Source: Candidatus Levyibacteriota bacterium | GTDB lineage: Bacteria; Patescibacteriota; Microgenomatia; Levybacterales; UBA12049 | Direction: 5' to 3' | Assembly (NCBI GenBank): GCA_016432345.1 | Contig: CP066685.1 | Coordinates: forward strand, 368,236 to 432,235 | DNA length: 64,000 bases | In this document: positions 8,805 through 18,245 of the stretch, piece after piece | How positions within the stretch are numbered: position 1 is the stretch's first letter | Layout of the letters: each line of letters starts with the position of its first letter | The notes under the pieces: model-generated | The model's input: only the letters and a program-made list of their open reading frames with translations | Told to the model about the DNA's origin: nothing | Databases searched by the model: none | Made by a program: the position numbers and the translations under genes

Positions 8805-10028
8805 ATGAAAAAAATAAAACTAGACTCTATTCTATTATTTTCTTTTGTAATCCCCTTTATTATGACAGTTAGATTAGGCCCTAAAGATACACCTTATTGG
8901 TTTTTTTCTCTTATCTTCTTATTGCTTCTTGTTTATCTTGTTTTAGATATTGCAAGACTTTCTGAAAAAACATATGCAATGCTTAAGAAAAGTATTTTGT
9001 GGGGAATAATCATTTTTGTTTTAGGAAGCGCATTTTCATCTGCAATAATAGTGCGTCATCAGACGCATCCAGTTTATCAAATTCATGATATGCCGCTACA
9101 GCAGGAAATAGCAATTAGGTTTTTGCTTGATGGTAAAAATCCATATAATACTTCTTATTTTGGAACATTTTTAGAGCAATGGCATTATTCAGATACCGAA
9201 ATAAACCCAGCTTTATATCATTTTGTTTTGCCGCCATTTTATATTCTTTTTGCTATCCCATTTTATTTTTTAAGTAATCATACTATTGGATATTTCGATG
9301 CCCGTATACCTCTTTTATTTCTAAACTTTTTTCTGCTTATTACAGGATCGTTATTTGTTAAAAATGAAGACAAAAAAAGATCGTTCCTAATGTTTCTTGC
9401 GTTTAATCCGGCTATGCTTTTGTACACCCTTGAAGGGAGATCGGATATATTTATGTTGGCGTTTTTTGTTTTTGGGCTTTGGCTTTTGCAGAAAAAGAGA
9501 TATGGCTTTGCCGGAGTATTTATGGCTTTGGCTTTTGCTATAAAGCAATCCGTATGGCCGTTTTTCCCTTTTTATGCTTCGTACGTATATTTTCAAACAA
9601 AAAATATAAAACAAACAATAATTTATTTTGTGCCTTTTGCCATCACGTTTTTTGCGATTGTAGCGCCATTTTTCTTCTGGAATAGCAAGGCATTTTTAGA
9701 TAGTGTTATTTTTTATCTTTCAGGCGCGACTACTCAAAGTTACCCAATTTCTGGATATGGATTTGGCATGATGCTTCGTGAATTTAATTTTATTAAAGAC
9801 GTTCATGCATATTATCCGTTTATTGTTTGGCAAATTATTTTTGGTTTGCCTCTATTATATATTCTTATAAAGTTTTTATGGTCGAAACCAACAATACAAA
9901 GACTTCTTATCTCGTATGGAATTTTTCTTTTTGTATTTTGGTATCTTTCCCGCTATTTTAACAACAGCCATCTTGCTTACCTTTCTGTTGTATTTATCAT
10001 TGCCTACTTTTGGCCAGATGAAAAATAA
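8805..10028 (+). CDS. Polytopic membrane protein, DUF2029/GT87-like (tentative), paralog E1
   Basis: The track ORF starts at 8772. I prefer the in-frame ATG at 8805 (MKKIKLD), just after the upstream stop. Motifs LLDGKNPYNTSYF, HFVLPPFY and EGRSDIFMLAFFVFGLWLL...AFAIKQS are shared in pattern with 36476 and 42025. Confidence 0.45.
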   Translation: MKKIKLDSILLFSFVIPFIMTVRLGPKDTPYWFFSLIFLLLLVYLVLDIARLSEKTYAMLKKSILWGIIIFVLGSAFSSAIIVRHQTHPVYQIHDMPLQQEIAIRFLLDGKNPYNTSYFGTFLEQWHYSDTEINPALYHFVLPPFYILFAIPFYFLSNHTIGYFDARIPLLFLNFFLLITGSLFVKNEDKKRSFLMFLAFNPAMLLYTLEGRSDIFMLAFFVFGLWLLQKKRYGFAGVFMALAFAIKQSVWPFFPFYASYVYFQTKNIKQTIIYFVPFAITFFAIVAPFFFWNSKAFLDSVIFYLSGATTQSYPISGYGFGMMLREFNFIKDVHAYYPFIVWQIIFGLPLLYILIKFLWSKPTIQRLLISYGIFLFVFWYLSRYFNNSHLAYLSVVFIIAYFWPDEK

Positions 10029-10036
10029 ACTGCCAT

Positions 10037-11650
10037 ATGAGGAATTTTATACTTATTCTTATATTTATTCATGCTTTGTTTTTGTTTCCTTTTTTAAAAC
10101 CTGGTATTCCTCTTTCCCATGACGGTGCTGGTCACGTCGCAAGAATGGGGGCCTATTATAAAGCCCTCAAAGATGGTCAAGTTCCTCCGCGTTGGGCAGG
10201 AGATCTAAACTTTAGATACGGAACGCCGGTTTTTATTTTCAATTATAATTTGCCGTATTTTGCCGGGACGTTATTTTATATGCTTGGATTGAATTTAGAG
10301 GATTCATTCAAACTTATGCTTGGTATGGCATTTATTCTTTCTGGGGTAGGATTTTTTCTTTGGGCTTTACAAATAGTTAACAGAAATGCAGCTTTTATAG
10401 GAGCGCTGCTTTTTGGATTGTCGCCATACCATTTTCTCAATGTTTTTGTTCGAGGCGCATTGGGAGAGATAATTGGACTTGCCATAGTCCCTTTTATTTT
10501 TTGGCAAATTGAAAGGATGATAAAAGAAAATAAGTTATCAAATATCTTCTTGGCAGGAATTCTCTATGGATTTTTAATTTTGTCGCATAATGGAAGTGCC
10601 GTCATATTTTCGCCAGTTTTTCTCCTTTATTTTATCTTTAGAACGAAAAGAAAATTCCAGCTCGTGTCTCTTTTTACTTTTTTTACAATCGGGTTTCTTA
10701 TCTCTGCGTATTTTTGGCTGCCAGCTATTTTGGAATCCAAGTATGTACAGGGGGTTTCAGCCATAGGTGAGATGTATAAGCAACATTTTCCACCTTTTTC
10801 CTATCTTCTGTACAGCAATTGGGATTTTGGTCCAGATGTAAATGCTACAAACGGCCTATCGCCACAGGTAGGGATCATTTTATTTGTTTTTGTTTTTGTC
10901 GCAACATTAAAGTTTTTTAAGCATAGAGATAATACATTAGGCTTTTGGCTAGTTATATTTGCCGTTTCAATTTTTTTAACCACCTCTTTATCTAATGTTA
11001 TATGGAGTAATATCATATTCTTGAAGATACTTGAGTTTCCTTGGCGATTTACAGCTTTATCCAGTTTAACAGCAGCGATAATTGCCAGTTTAATAATAAA
11101 TTCGATGAAAAACCAAAAAATAGTTTATTTGGTAATTATTACGTTGTTATTAACTAGCTTTTTGTTCACAAAGACAAATGTACAAAATAAAAAAGATGAC
11201 GCTTATTATTATTCGTACACTGGATCCACTGTGTATCGTGGGGCAACAAGCACGATATGGTCGGGAGTCCCTTTTGAGATACCTGGAAACAGAGTAGAAA
11301 TAATATCAGGGAATGGACAAATAAGTAATCTTTTTATTAAATCTAATCTTCATTCGTTTAGAGTTACCGCAGATTCCGATGTAAGAATTCTTGATAATAC
11401 TTTTTACTTTCGGGGGTGGAGGGTAAAAATTGATGGTCAAAAAGCGCCAATAGAATTTCAAGATATTAATCATAGAGGTCTTATTACATTTTACGTTCCG
11501 CAGGGAGAGCATAGAGTTGAGGTTATTTTTGAAGAATCTCCTATTCGGTTTGTATCAAATGTTATTTCATTAATTGCCATTGTTGGCATCCTGCTTCTGT
11601 TTGTATGCTTTTATTACTTCTGTAATGTAATAGATTTTTTCTTCCGATAA
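10037..11650 (+). CDS. Polytopic membrane protein of the HDGxxH..PRW type (COG5617 / 'PTPS-related' membrane family), paralog D1
   Basis: 537 aa. N-terminal motif [49 protein letters not shown], then EFPWRF, then the C-terminal [15 protein letters not shown]...[16 protein letters not shown]. Paralogs at 32037 and 40410. Confidence 0.55.
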   Translation: MRNFILILIFIHALFLFPFLKPGIPLSHDGAGHVARMGAYYKALKDGQVPPRWAGDLNFRYGTPVFIFNYNLPYFAGTLFYMLGLNLEDSFKLMLGMAFILSGVGFFLWALQIVNRNAAFIGALLFGLSPYHFLNVFVRGALGEIIGLAIVPFIFWQIERMIKENKLSNIFLAGILYGFLILSHNGSAVIFSPVFLLYFIFRTKRKFQLVSLFTFFTIGFLISAYFWLPAILESKYVQGVSAIGEMYKQHFPPFSYLLYSNWDFGPDVNATNGLSPQVGIILFVFVFVATLKFFKHRDNTLGFWLVIFAVSIFLTTSLSNVIWSNIIFLKILEFPWRFTALSSLTAAIIASLIINSMKNQKIVYLVIITLLLTSFLFTKTNVQNKKDDAYYYSYTGSTVYRGATSTIWSGVPFEIPGNRVEIISGNGQISNLFIKSNLHSFRVTADSDVRILDNTFYFRGWRVKIDGQKAPIEFQDINHRGLITFYVPQGEHRVEVIFEESPIRFVSNVISLIAIVGILLLFVCFYYFCNVIDFFFR

Positions 11651-12697
11651 ATGAGGATACATTGGTAGCGATAATATCTTATGAGCATATTTTTCAGAAA
11701 TCGGAAATCTCCCCTCTCTTTTACCAACAAATCGGTAAGCTTTTTGTAAATGAATGGGAATCGGGTAATGAATTCCTACTGCAATTCCTTTTTCTTCTAG
11801 ATATTTTAGCAATCTGTCGCGGCCGTCAATTTGAATAACATACAGATGATATACATGGATGGTAATTGGATCATGGTAAGGAATTATAATATTAGCATCT
11901 TTTAAAAGCTTGTTATATATATGTGCATTCTTAACTCTTTGTTTATTCCACCTGTCAAGATACTTTAATTTTACTCTTAGAATTGCCGCTTGGAGTGTGT
12001 CAAGCCTTCTATTCCATGCAATAAAATCATGATGATATTTTGCTGACTGTCCATAATTTCTCATTTTTTTAACAGTTTCATAGATTTGTTTATCATTCGT
12101 TACCAATGCGCCCGCGTCGCCAAATGCTCCAAGATTCTTTCCTGGATAAAAAGAAAAAGCAGCAAACACCCCAAAAGAACCTACGCGTAACCCATCATAT
12201 TCGGCTCCGTGTGCTTGACATGCGTCCTCAATAACATGTAGTTTATGTTTTTTTGCGATTTCAAGAATAGTTGTCATCTCTGCTGGTTGGCCATAAAGAT
12301 GCACCGGCATAATGGCTTTTGTTTTTTTGGTAATTTTGTTTTCAATTTTTGTGGGATCAATATTATATGTTTTTGCGTCACAATCAACCCATACAGGTAT
12401 TGCTCCCACCATTGAAATAGAGGAGGTAGAGGCAATAAAGCTATTGACGGGAGTAATTACTTCATCTCCTTTGCCTATATTCAAAGCTCTCATTCCTAGC
12501 TCTAAAGCCGATGTGCCATTATCTAACCCAACACAATACTTTACGCCGCAATACCTTGCAAATTCTTCCTCAAACTTATCTATCTCTTCTCCTAAAATAT
12601 ACGAGGATGAGTGAATTATTTGATTGATACGTTCTTTTACTTCCAATGCAATCCCAAGGTGACGGATATTTATATCAGCGAAAGGTATTTTTTCCAT
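11570..12697 (-). CDS. DegT/DnrJ/EryC1/StrS-family PLP-dependent sugar aminotransferase (WlbC/WbpE-like)
   Basis: 375 aa. Motifs [32 protein letters not shown] and [16 protein letters not shown] (PLP lysine context). Confidence 0.9.
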   Translation of the reverse strand: MEKIPFADINIRHLGIALEVKERINQIIHSSSYILGEEIDKFEEEFARYCGVKYCVGLDNGTSALELGMRALNIGKGDEVITPVNSFIASTSSISMVGAIPVWVDCDAKTYNIDPTKIENKITKKTKAIMPVHLYGQPAEMTTILEIAKKHKLHVIEDACQAHGAEYDGLRVGSFGVFAAFSFYPGKNLGAFGDAGALVTNDKQIYETVKKMRNYGQSAKYHHDFIAWNRRLDTLQAAILRVKLKYLDRWNKQRVKNAHIYNKLLKDANIIIPYHDPITIHVYHLYVIQIDGRDRLLKYLEEKGIAVGIHYPIPIHLQKAYRFVGKREGRFPISEKYAHKILSLPMYPHLSEEKIYYITEVIKAYKQKQDANNGN

Positions 12698-13181
12698 GAG
12701 TTTTTTTAGGATTTTTTTTTAGCTTTTTTGCTGGATTACCAGCGACAGTAAAGCTCGCTGGTACGTCCTTTGTGACAACAGCGCCAGCCCCCACGACTGC
12801 ATTTTTACCTATAATCACCCCTCCTAAAATGGTTGCATTACTTCCTATTACCGCACCTTTTTTAACCAATACTTTTTCAAGCTTCCATGTTTTGTTAAGA
12901 GCCTTTTTGATAGTAGGATTGTTATCATTAATAAATATAACACCATGACCGATAAAAACATCGTCTTCAATCGTTACTCCATTGCATAGAAACGAGTGTG
13001 ATTGTATGCGACAACGTCTCCCTATTTTTACCCGTTCTTGCATTTCAACAAATGCGCCAATTTGTGTATCATCCCCGATTTCACATTTATATAAATTAAC
13101 AAAGTCATAGATTTTTACATTTTCTCCCACTAAAACATTACGAATGGCTTTTTTTGGCTCATTAATCGAAATTATCTTCAT
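12675..13181 (-). CDS. Left-handed beta-helix (hexapeptide) sugar N-acetyltransferase (WlbB/WbpD-like)
   Basis: 168 aa. Hexapeptide periodicity in [46 protein letters not shown] and [25 protein letters not shown]. Confidence 0.85.
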   Translation of the reverse strand: MKIISINEPKKAIRNVLVGENVKIYDFVNLYKCEIGDDTQIGAFVEMQERVKIGRRCRIQSHSFLCNGVTIEDDVFIGHGVIFINDNNPTIKKALNKTWKLEKVLVKKGAVIGSNATILGGVIIGKNAVVGAGAVVTKDVPASFTVAGNPAKKLKKNPKKTHGKNTFR

Positions 13182-13184
13182 ATA

Positions 13185-14210
13185 TTACGTTATTTTTATC
13201 ACACGCGAATGCTTATGTAAAGATTCTTGCGCCGCCTCGAGCAGTCGTATAACTTTCAATCCGCTTTTTCCATCTGTGATAGGATTTTTATTCTCAATAA
13301 TGCAAGAAATAAAATGATTCACCTCTTCTTTTAACGGTTCTTTGTCCACAATTCCTGGAATTCTTGTTCCTCCTGAATGGAGCGCAATTTGGAATTCTGC
13401 AAAGGTGATACCACGGGTATTTTTAATGACATTCGCGTTTTTATCAAAAATCTTTACTTTTCCTGAAATCTGCACGTCATCAAATAATACCATTTTTTTA
13501 GCACCAACAATTGTTATCTCTCGTATTTTGATAGGGTCAATCCAGCTTAGTATGAGGTTTGCAAAAATATTATTTTCAAATTTGATTGAGACATTGACAA
13601 TATCCTCAATATTTTTTTGTAAATAGCATTCTCCCGAAGCCACAACAGTGAGTGGTTTCTCATTCACAAAATATAATAGCATTGAAAAATCATGCGGGGC
13701 TAGATCCCATAAAACATTTACGTCTTTTCGAATAGGGCCGAGACTTCTTCGTTGGAAATGCAAATGCCTAATTTTCCCAAGCGCCCTTTTTAGCAGAAGA
13801 TTTTTTATATAGATAACAGAAGAGTTAAAATGAAAAACATGTCCTACCATTAGCTTCAAATTGTTTCCGTTTGCGATTTTGATTAATTCGCGACATTCAT
13901 TGGAAGAGTAAGCGAGAGGTTTTTCTATAAAAACGTGTTTTTTAGCAAGTAGACAGTTTTTGGCAATGTTAAAATGCGTTCTTGTCGGCGTTACTACGAA
14001 AATAGCATCAATAGATGAATCGTGTAAAATATCGAGATAGTTGTTTGTTATTTTGATATGCTTATATAGCCGTTTTATGTCTTGTAAAGCCTTGCTATTG
14101 AGATCTGCGCAATAGACAAGGCTGGCGTCTGAAGATTCATTAATGACTCTCGCGATATTTGGTCCCCAATATCCGTAGCCAATAATTCCAACTCTTACCA
14201 GATTGCCCAT
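13185..14210 (-). CDS. Gfo/Idh/MocA-family NAD-dependent sugar oxidoreductase (WlbA/WbpB-like)
   Basis: 341 aa. N-terminal Rossmann motif VRVGIIGYGYWGPNIARV and the EKP motif (VFIEKPLA). Confidence 0.85.
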   Translation of the reverse strand: MGNLVRVGIIGYGYWGPNIARVINESSDASLVYCADLNSKALQDIKRLYKHIKITNNYLDILHDSSIDAIFVVTPTRTHFNIAKNCLLAKKHVFIEKPLAYSSNECRELIKIANGNNLKLMVGHVFHFNSSVIYIKNLLLKRALGKIRHLHFQRRSLGPIRKDVNVLWDLAPHDFSMLLYFVNEKPLTVVASGECYLQKNIEDIVNVSIKFENNIFANLILSWIDPIKIREITIVGAKKMVLFDDVQISGKVKIFDKNANVIKNTRGITFAEFQIALHSGGTRIPGIVDKEPLKEEVNHFISCIIENKNPITDGKSGLKVIRLLEAAQESLHKHSRVIKIT

Positions 14211-14248
14211 ATTGCAATTTTTGTTAGTAAGTATATACTACCATAAAT

Positions 14249-14953
14249 ATGGATAAATTTCCTTTGGCCATTGATCTTACAATTATAATTCCATGTTTTA
14301 ACGAATCAATGGAATTAAAAGATACAGTAAAAACAAATATTGATGATGCAAATAAATACTTGCGTAAGTTCGAAGTTATTATTGTCGATGATGGTAGTAC
14401 GGATGATTCTTTACGTATTGCGCAGCTGCTTGTGAAAAAACATTCTCATGTTCGGGTCGTTAAGCACCAAAAGAATCTTGGACTGGGAGCCGCAATTCTT
14501 TCTGGGACCAAAGGCGCCAGCTACGATTTTATTACGTATCTACCAGGGGATGGGCAGGCATATGTTCGAGATATTATATCAGGACTTCGAAAGACAGAAA
14601 ATGCCGATTTAGTTTTAACATATCGTACAAAAAGGACTGACTACACATTATATAGAAAATTTCTCTCTCGATGTCTTACGATTTTGTTAAGAATGCTGTT
14701 TGGTCTTGGCTTCAGAGATTATAATTGGGTTCATATATATAGAAAAAATATTTTTTCAAAAATAGATATCAAATCAAGAGGAGTTTTCTTTTTGGCGGAG
14801 ATCGTTATAAAAGCTCATAGACTTGGTCTAAAAATTGTTGAGGCAGAATCAGTCTATAGACCACGACTATCTGGAACATCAAAAACAGTAAAGTTTAAAT
14901 CGGTATGTAAGGCTTCTTTGGATATGTTGAGAATTTGGTTTGAATCTCTTTAA
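14249..14953 (+). CDS. GT2, polyprenyl-phosphate sugar synthase-like
   Basis: 234 aa. Motifs LTIIIPCFNES, IVDDGSTDDS, NLGLGAAILSGTKGASYDFITYLPGDGQ. It sits immediately upstream of two GT39-type genes. Confidence 0.7.
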   Translation: MDKFPLAIDLTIIIPCFNESMELKDTVKTNIDDANKYLRKFEVIIVDDGSTDDSLRIAQLLVKKHSHVRVVKHQKNLGLGAAILSGTKGASYDFITYLPGDGQAYVRDIISGLRKTENADLVLTYRTKRTDYTLYRKFLSRCLTILLRMLFGLGFRDYNWVHIYRKNIFSKIDIKSRGVFFLAEIVIKAHRLGLKIVEAESVYRPRLSGTSKTVKFKSVCKASLDMLRIWFESL

Positions 14954-14955
14954 TC

Positions 14956-16608
14956 ATGCGAAAGCTAAATCTTGCGCTTCTTTTGCTATTTCTTCTTACA
15001 GCCTTGTTGCGATTTTACCGACTTGGAGATATTCCTGTAGGTTTTCACAGAGATGAAGCGTTTTTGGGTTATAATGCGTTCTCACTTCTAAAAACAGGTC
15101 GGGATATGACTGGTAATGTACTACCTTTGCATCTTGAGTCATTTTTGTATAGCCCAGCGGGATATTCATATTTTTCAATTCCTTTTATTGCTCTTTTTGA
15201 TCTTTCTGCTTTTTCTGTACGATTTGCCTCGGCCTTATTTGGAAGTCTGACAGTAATTGCATTCTTTTTTTTAGTTCGTATCACTTTAGAAAATACAAAG
15301 TCAAAAATACCTTTAATTGCCGTATCATTTCTGGCCATTTCTCCCTGGCACGTTAATCTATCCCGAACTGCAACAGAAAACACCCTGGTTTTATTTTTTA
15401 TAATAGTTGGAGTTTTATTATTTTATCTTTGGAAAAAAAGGGAAAGATCTGCATTCCTCTTTTTTTCATTTGCGTCTTTTGGATTGACAATGTTTCTTTA
15501 TCAGGCGTCTCGAGCATTTTTGCCTTTATTCGTACCATTTCTTGTTTGGGTACTAATTTCTAAAACGCAGTTAAAAAAAAATATAATTAGCATTGCCTTT
15601 TTGTATATATTTTTTATTTTATTCCCAACTATTATAATTTTACTTTCTTATAATCTTTCTTTACGGATGAGAACCGTTAGTATTTTTGCAGGAGAGCAAA
15701 CTCAATTGGTGCTTGACGAACAAATTCGCGGAGACGGTGTGTCTAGTGCGTCTTTAGTATTAACAAAGCTGTTTCACAATAAGGCCGTTGGGTATTCAGA
15801 ACAATTTCTAGAAAACTATTTTAATCATTTTACCTATAATTATTTATTTGCAGATTATGGATTACCGGGCAGATATAAAGTTCCGCTTGTTGGGTTATTA
15901 TATATTTTCCAGCTTCCATTTCTTATGATTGGATTGACTTTAACTATGATAGAGAAAAAACGTATTGGGATGTTTTTTATTGGCTGGCTGGTTTTGGTTC
16001 CTATTGGAAGCGCATTTACCTTTGACGATGTGCCAAATTTGCAGCGAACGTTACTAATGGTTCCTTGTTTTTCATTTTTTTCTTCTGCTGGATTAGTGTG
16101 GTTTTATTCTTTTTTGAAGAGGCATAAGCGGCAGACATTATTCTGTGTTATTTTTGGGATATTTGTAGTATGGAATGTTACTTATTACCTGCATCAATAT
16201 TATGTGCATTTTAATAGTTACCGCCCTTGGTATCGCCAGCAGGGTTATGCGCAGCTTGTCTCAAAAGTAGACATCCTTTTACCGAAATATAAAAAAATTG
16301 TTATAACAAATCATGAATCTGCTCCAACCATATTTTTTCTTTTTTACAAAAAATACGATCCAGTAATGTTTCAAAAGCAAATTGAAAATAAAGCATTAGA
16401 TAACTACGATAGAATTAACTTTGATAAATACACCTTTTCTCAAGAAGAGTGTCCATTGCGGCAAGCGCCAGACAAAAAGATTATAGGCGAAAAAGGAGTC
16501 TTATATGTTGATGGAAGTGGTTGTAAATTGCCAACTGGCGCTTATTTAGTGGACACTGTTTATAGGTTAGATAATTCGGTTGCTTTTCAAATTATGTCTT
16601 TAAACTAA
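14956..16608 (+). CDS. PMT_2/GT39-type GT-C glycosyltransferase, paralog B1
   Basis: 550 aa. Motifs FYRLGDIPVGFHRDEAFLGYNAFSLLKTGRDMTGNVLPLH (acidic DE in the first loop), VRFASALFGSLTV, ISPWHVNLSR and DDVPNLQRT. Confidence 0.75.
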   Translation: MRKLNLALLLLFLLTALLRFYRLGDIPVGFHRDEAFLGYNAFSLLKTGRDMTGNVLPLHLESFLYSPAGYSYFSIPFIALFDLSAFSVRFASALFGSLTVIAFFFLVRITLENTKSKIPLIAVSFLAISPWHVNLSRTATENTLVLFFIIVGVLLFYLWKKRERSAFLFFSFASFGLTMFLYQASRAFLPLFVPFLVWVLISKTQLKKNIISIAFLYIFFILFPTIIILLSYNLSLRMRTVSIFAGEQTQLVLDEQIRGDGVSSASLVLTKLFHNKAVGYSEQFLENYFNHFTYNYLFADYGLPGRYKVPLVGLLYIFQLPFLMIGLTLTMIEKKRIGMFFIGWLVLVPIGSAFTFDDVPNLQRTLLMVPCFSFFSSAGLVWFYSFLKRHKRQTLFCVIFGIFVVWNVTYYLHQYYVHFNSYRPWYRQQGYAQLVSKVDILLPKYKKIVITNHESAPTIFFLFYKKYDPVMFQKQIENKALDNYDRINFDKYTFSQEECPLRQAPDKKIIGEKGVLYVDGSGCKLPTGAYLVDTVYRLDNSVAFQIMSLN

Positions 16609-16612
16609 TTAT

Positions 16613-18241
16613 ATGAAAAAAGAACATTTAATTCTTGGTGTCATTATTTTTTTTGGTATTTTTTTGCGCTTTTGGCATGTTAGCGATATACCTCCAAGTC
16701 TCTCTCATGACGAAGTCGCTATTGGATATAATGCCTATTCCCTGTTAAAAACAGGGAAAGATGAATACGGCAGTCAATTTCCTCTACTTTTTAGATCGTT
16801 TGACGATTACAAGCTGCCGGGAATGGTATATTCGACAGTTGTTTCAATTGCGCTTTTTGGACTTAATGAATTGGGAGTTCGGTTTCCTTCTGCTTTTTTT
16901 GGATCATTAACTGTTATTGTTTTTTATTTTTTTATTAGAAATTTTTATGAAAAGAAAAATTATTTTTTTATACTTTTGCCAACATTCTTTTTTGCTTTTT
17001 CAATCTGGCACATTAATTTCTCAAGACAACTTTTCGAATCTAACGGCGCCTTGTTTTTTCTTTTATGTGGAGCTTACTTCCTTTTTTTATTTCCACAAAA
17101 ACCCCAAAAAATTGTCGCCGCTGCCTTTTTCTTAGCGCTTTCTATCTACTTTTATTACTCGGTCCGTTTAGTGTTGCCTTTTATTCTTTTGGCATTTCTA
17201 TTTATACATAAGAATATCTTAAAACAACACTTTAGATATTTGCTTATGGCTTTTTTTGTTGGTTTTTTTGTTTTGTTGCCGCTTTTTCCTTCTCTTTTTT
17301 CAAATGGAGGTTTGTCCAGGATCAGCACAGTAAGCGTGATTAACGATAAAAATTATCTTATGCTGCAAAAGACATTTGCTCAAAAGAGTCTTCAGACACA
17401 ATCTCCTTTGTCAAAATTTCTCTACAACAGAAGAGTTGCGCTTTTTATTACCGCAGCAGAAAATTACTTCAAAAATGTTTCCTTCCAGCACATATTTTTA
17501 TCTGGCACTGGCCCTTTAGGACTTTTATATATTGTTGAGGCGCCATTTTTCTTTTGGGGGATCTATTGCCTTTTTAAACGTAAAGAAAAAAAGAAATGGC
17601 TTATTTTTGCCTGGGCTTTATCAGTTCCGCTGGCAGGAGCTGTTACTACCGATCAGCCAAATGCGCTTCGCACACTGTTAAACGCTCCAATCTATTCTTT
17701 CATTTCAGGATTGGGACTTGCAACTTTTTTATCGGTATTTAAAAAAACAGAATGGAAAATAGTCTTTTTAGGGATTTTTGTTTTTTCATTTTTGTTATCT
17801 TTTTTACAATTTTTTCAGACATATTTTTATATTACTCCTCAAAAAAACTCGCTTCATTTTGGTGACGGATACAAACAAATGGCCGCTTTTGTAAAAGCAA
17901 ATGAAAAAAACTACGATCGCATATATATTTCGGGGTATTACTGGAGACCATACATATTTATTCTTTTTTGGGATGCATATAGTCCGCAGCGCTATCAAAA
18001 AAAAGGAAGTCCCAGCGGATTTGGTAAATATAGTTTTGGTTCGGCAAGCTGGGATTCAAGCGGAATATTTTTTGGTGATACAAAATTTGATATAAAAAAT
18101 TTGGTAGCTGTAAATAAAAGAAAAACGCTTTTTATTTTTGCTCCAGAAGAGTACGCGGTGCATAAAGATAATTTTATTGAATTAGCAATGATAGATGGTA
18201 AATACGCAAAAGATGTTTTTGTTGCATCTATCGCAAAGTAG
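16613..18241 (+). CDS. PMT_2/GT39-type GT-C glycosyltransferase, paralog B2
   Basis: 542 aa. Motifs FWHVSDIPPSLSHDEVAIGYNAYSLLKTGKDEYGSQFPLLFRSFDDYKLPG, VRFPSAFFGSLTV, SIWHINFSR and TDQPNALRT. Confidence 0.75.
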   Translation: MKKEHLILGVIIFFGIFLRFWHVSDIPPSLSHDEVAIGYNAYSLLKTGKDEYGSQFPLLFRSFDDYKLPGMVYSTVVSIALFGLNELGVRFPSAFFGSLTVIVFYFFIRNFYEKKNYFFILLPTFFFAFSIWHINFSRQLFESNGALFFLLCGAYFLFLFPQKPQKIVAAAFFLALSIYFYYSVRLVLPFILLAFLFIHKNILKQHFRYLLMAFFVGFFVLLPLFPSLFSNGGLSRISTVSVINDKNYLMLQKTFAQKSLQTQSPLSKFLYNRRVALFITAAENYFKNVSFQHIFLSGTGPLGLLYIVEAPFFFWGIYCLFKRKEKKKWLIFAWALSVPLAGAVTTDQPNALRTLLNAPIYSFISGLGLATFLSVFKKTEWKIVFLGIFVFSFLLSFLQFFQTYFYITPQKNSLHFGDGYKQMAAFVKANEKNYDRIYISGYYWRPYIFILFWDAYSPQRYQKKGSPSGFGKYSFGSASWDSSGIFFGDTKFDIKNLVAVNKRKTLFIFAPEEYAVHKDNFIELAMIDGKYAKDVFVASIAK

Positions 18242-18245
18242 GCTT

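Noticed and set aside
14211-14248. Possible promoter TTGCAA...TATACT in the 38-bp divergent gap between 14210(-) and 14249(+).
   Set aside because: The hexamers are imperfect and the spacing is ambiguous (about 15-16 nt). Such matches are frequent in AT-rich DNA, so I did not list it as a feature.
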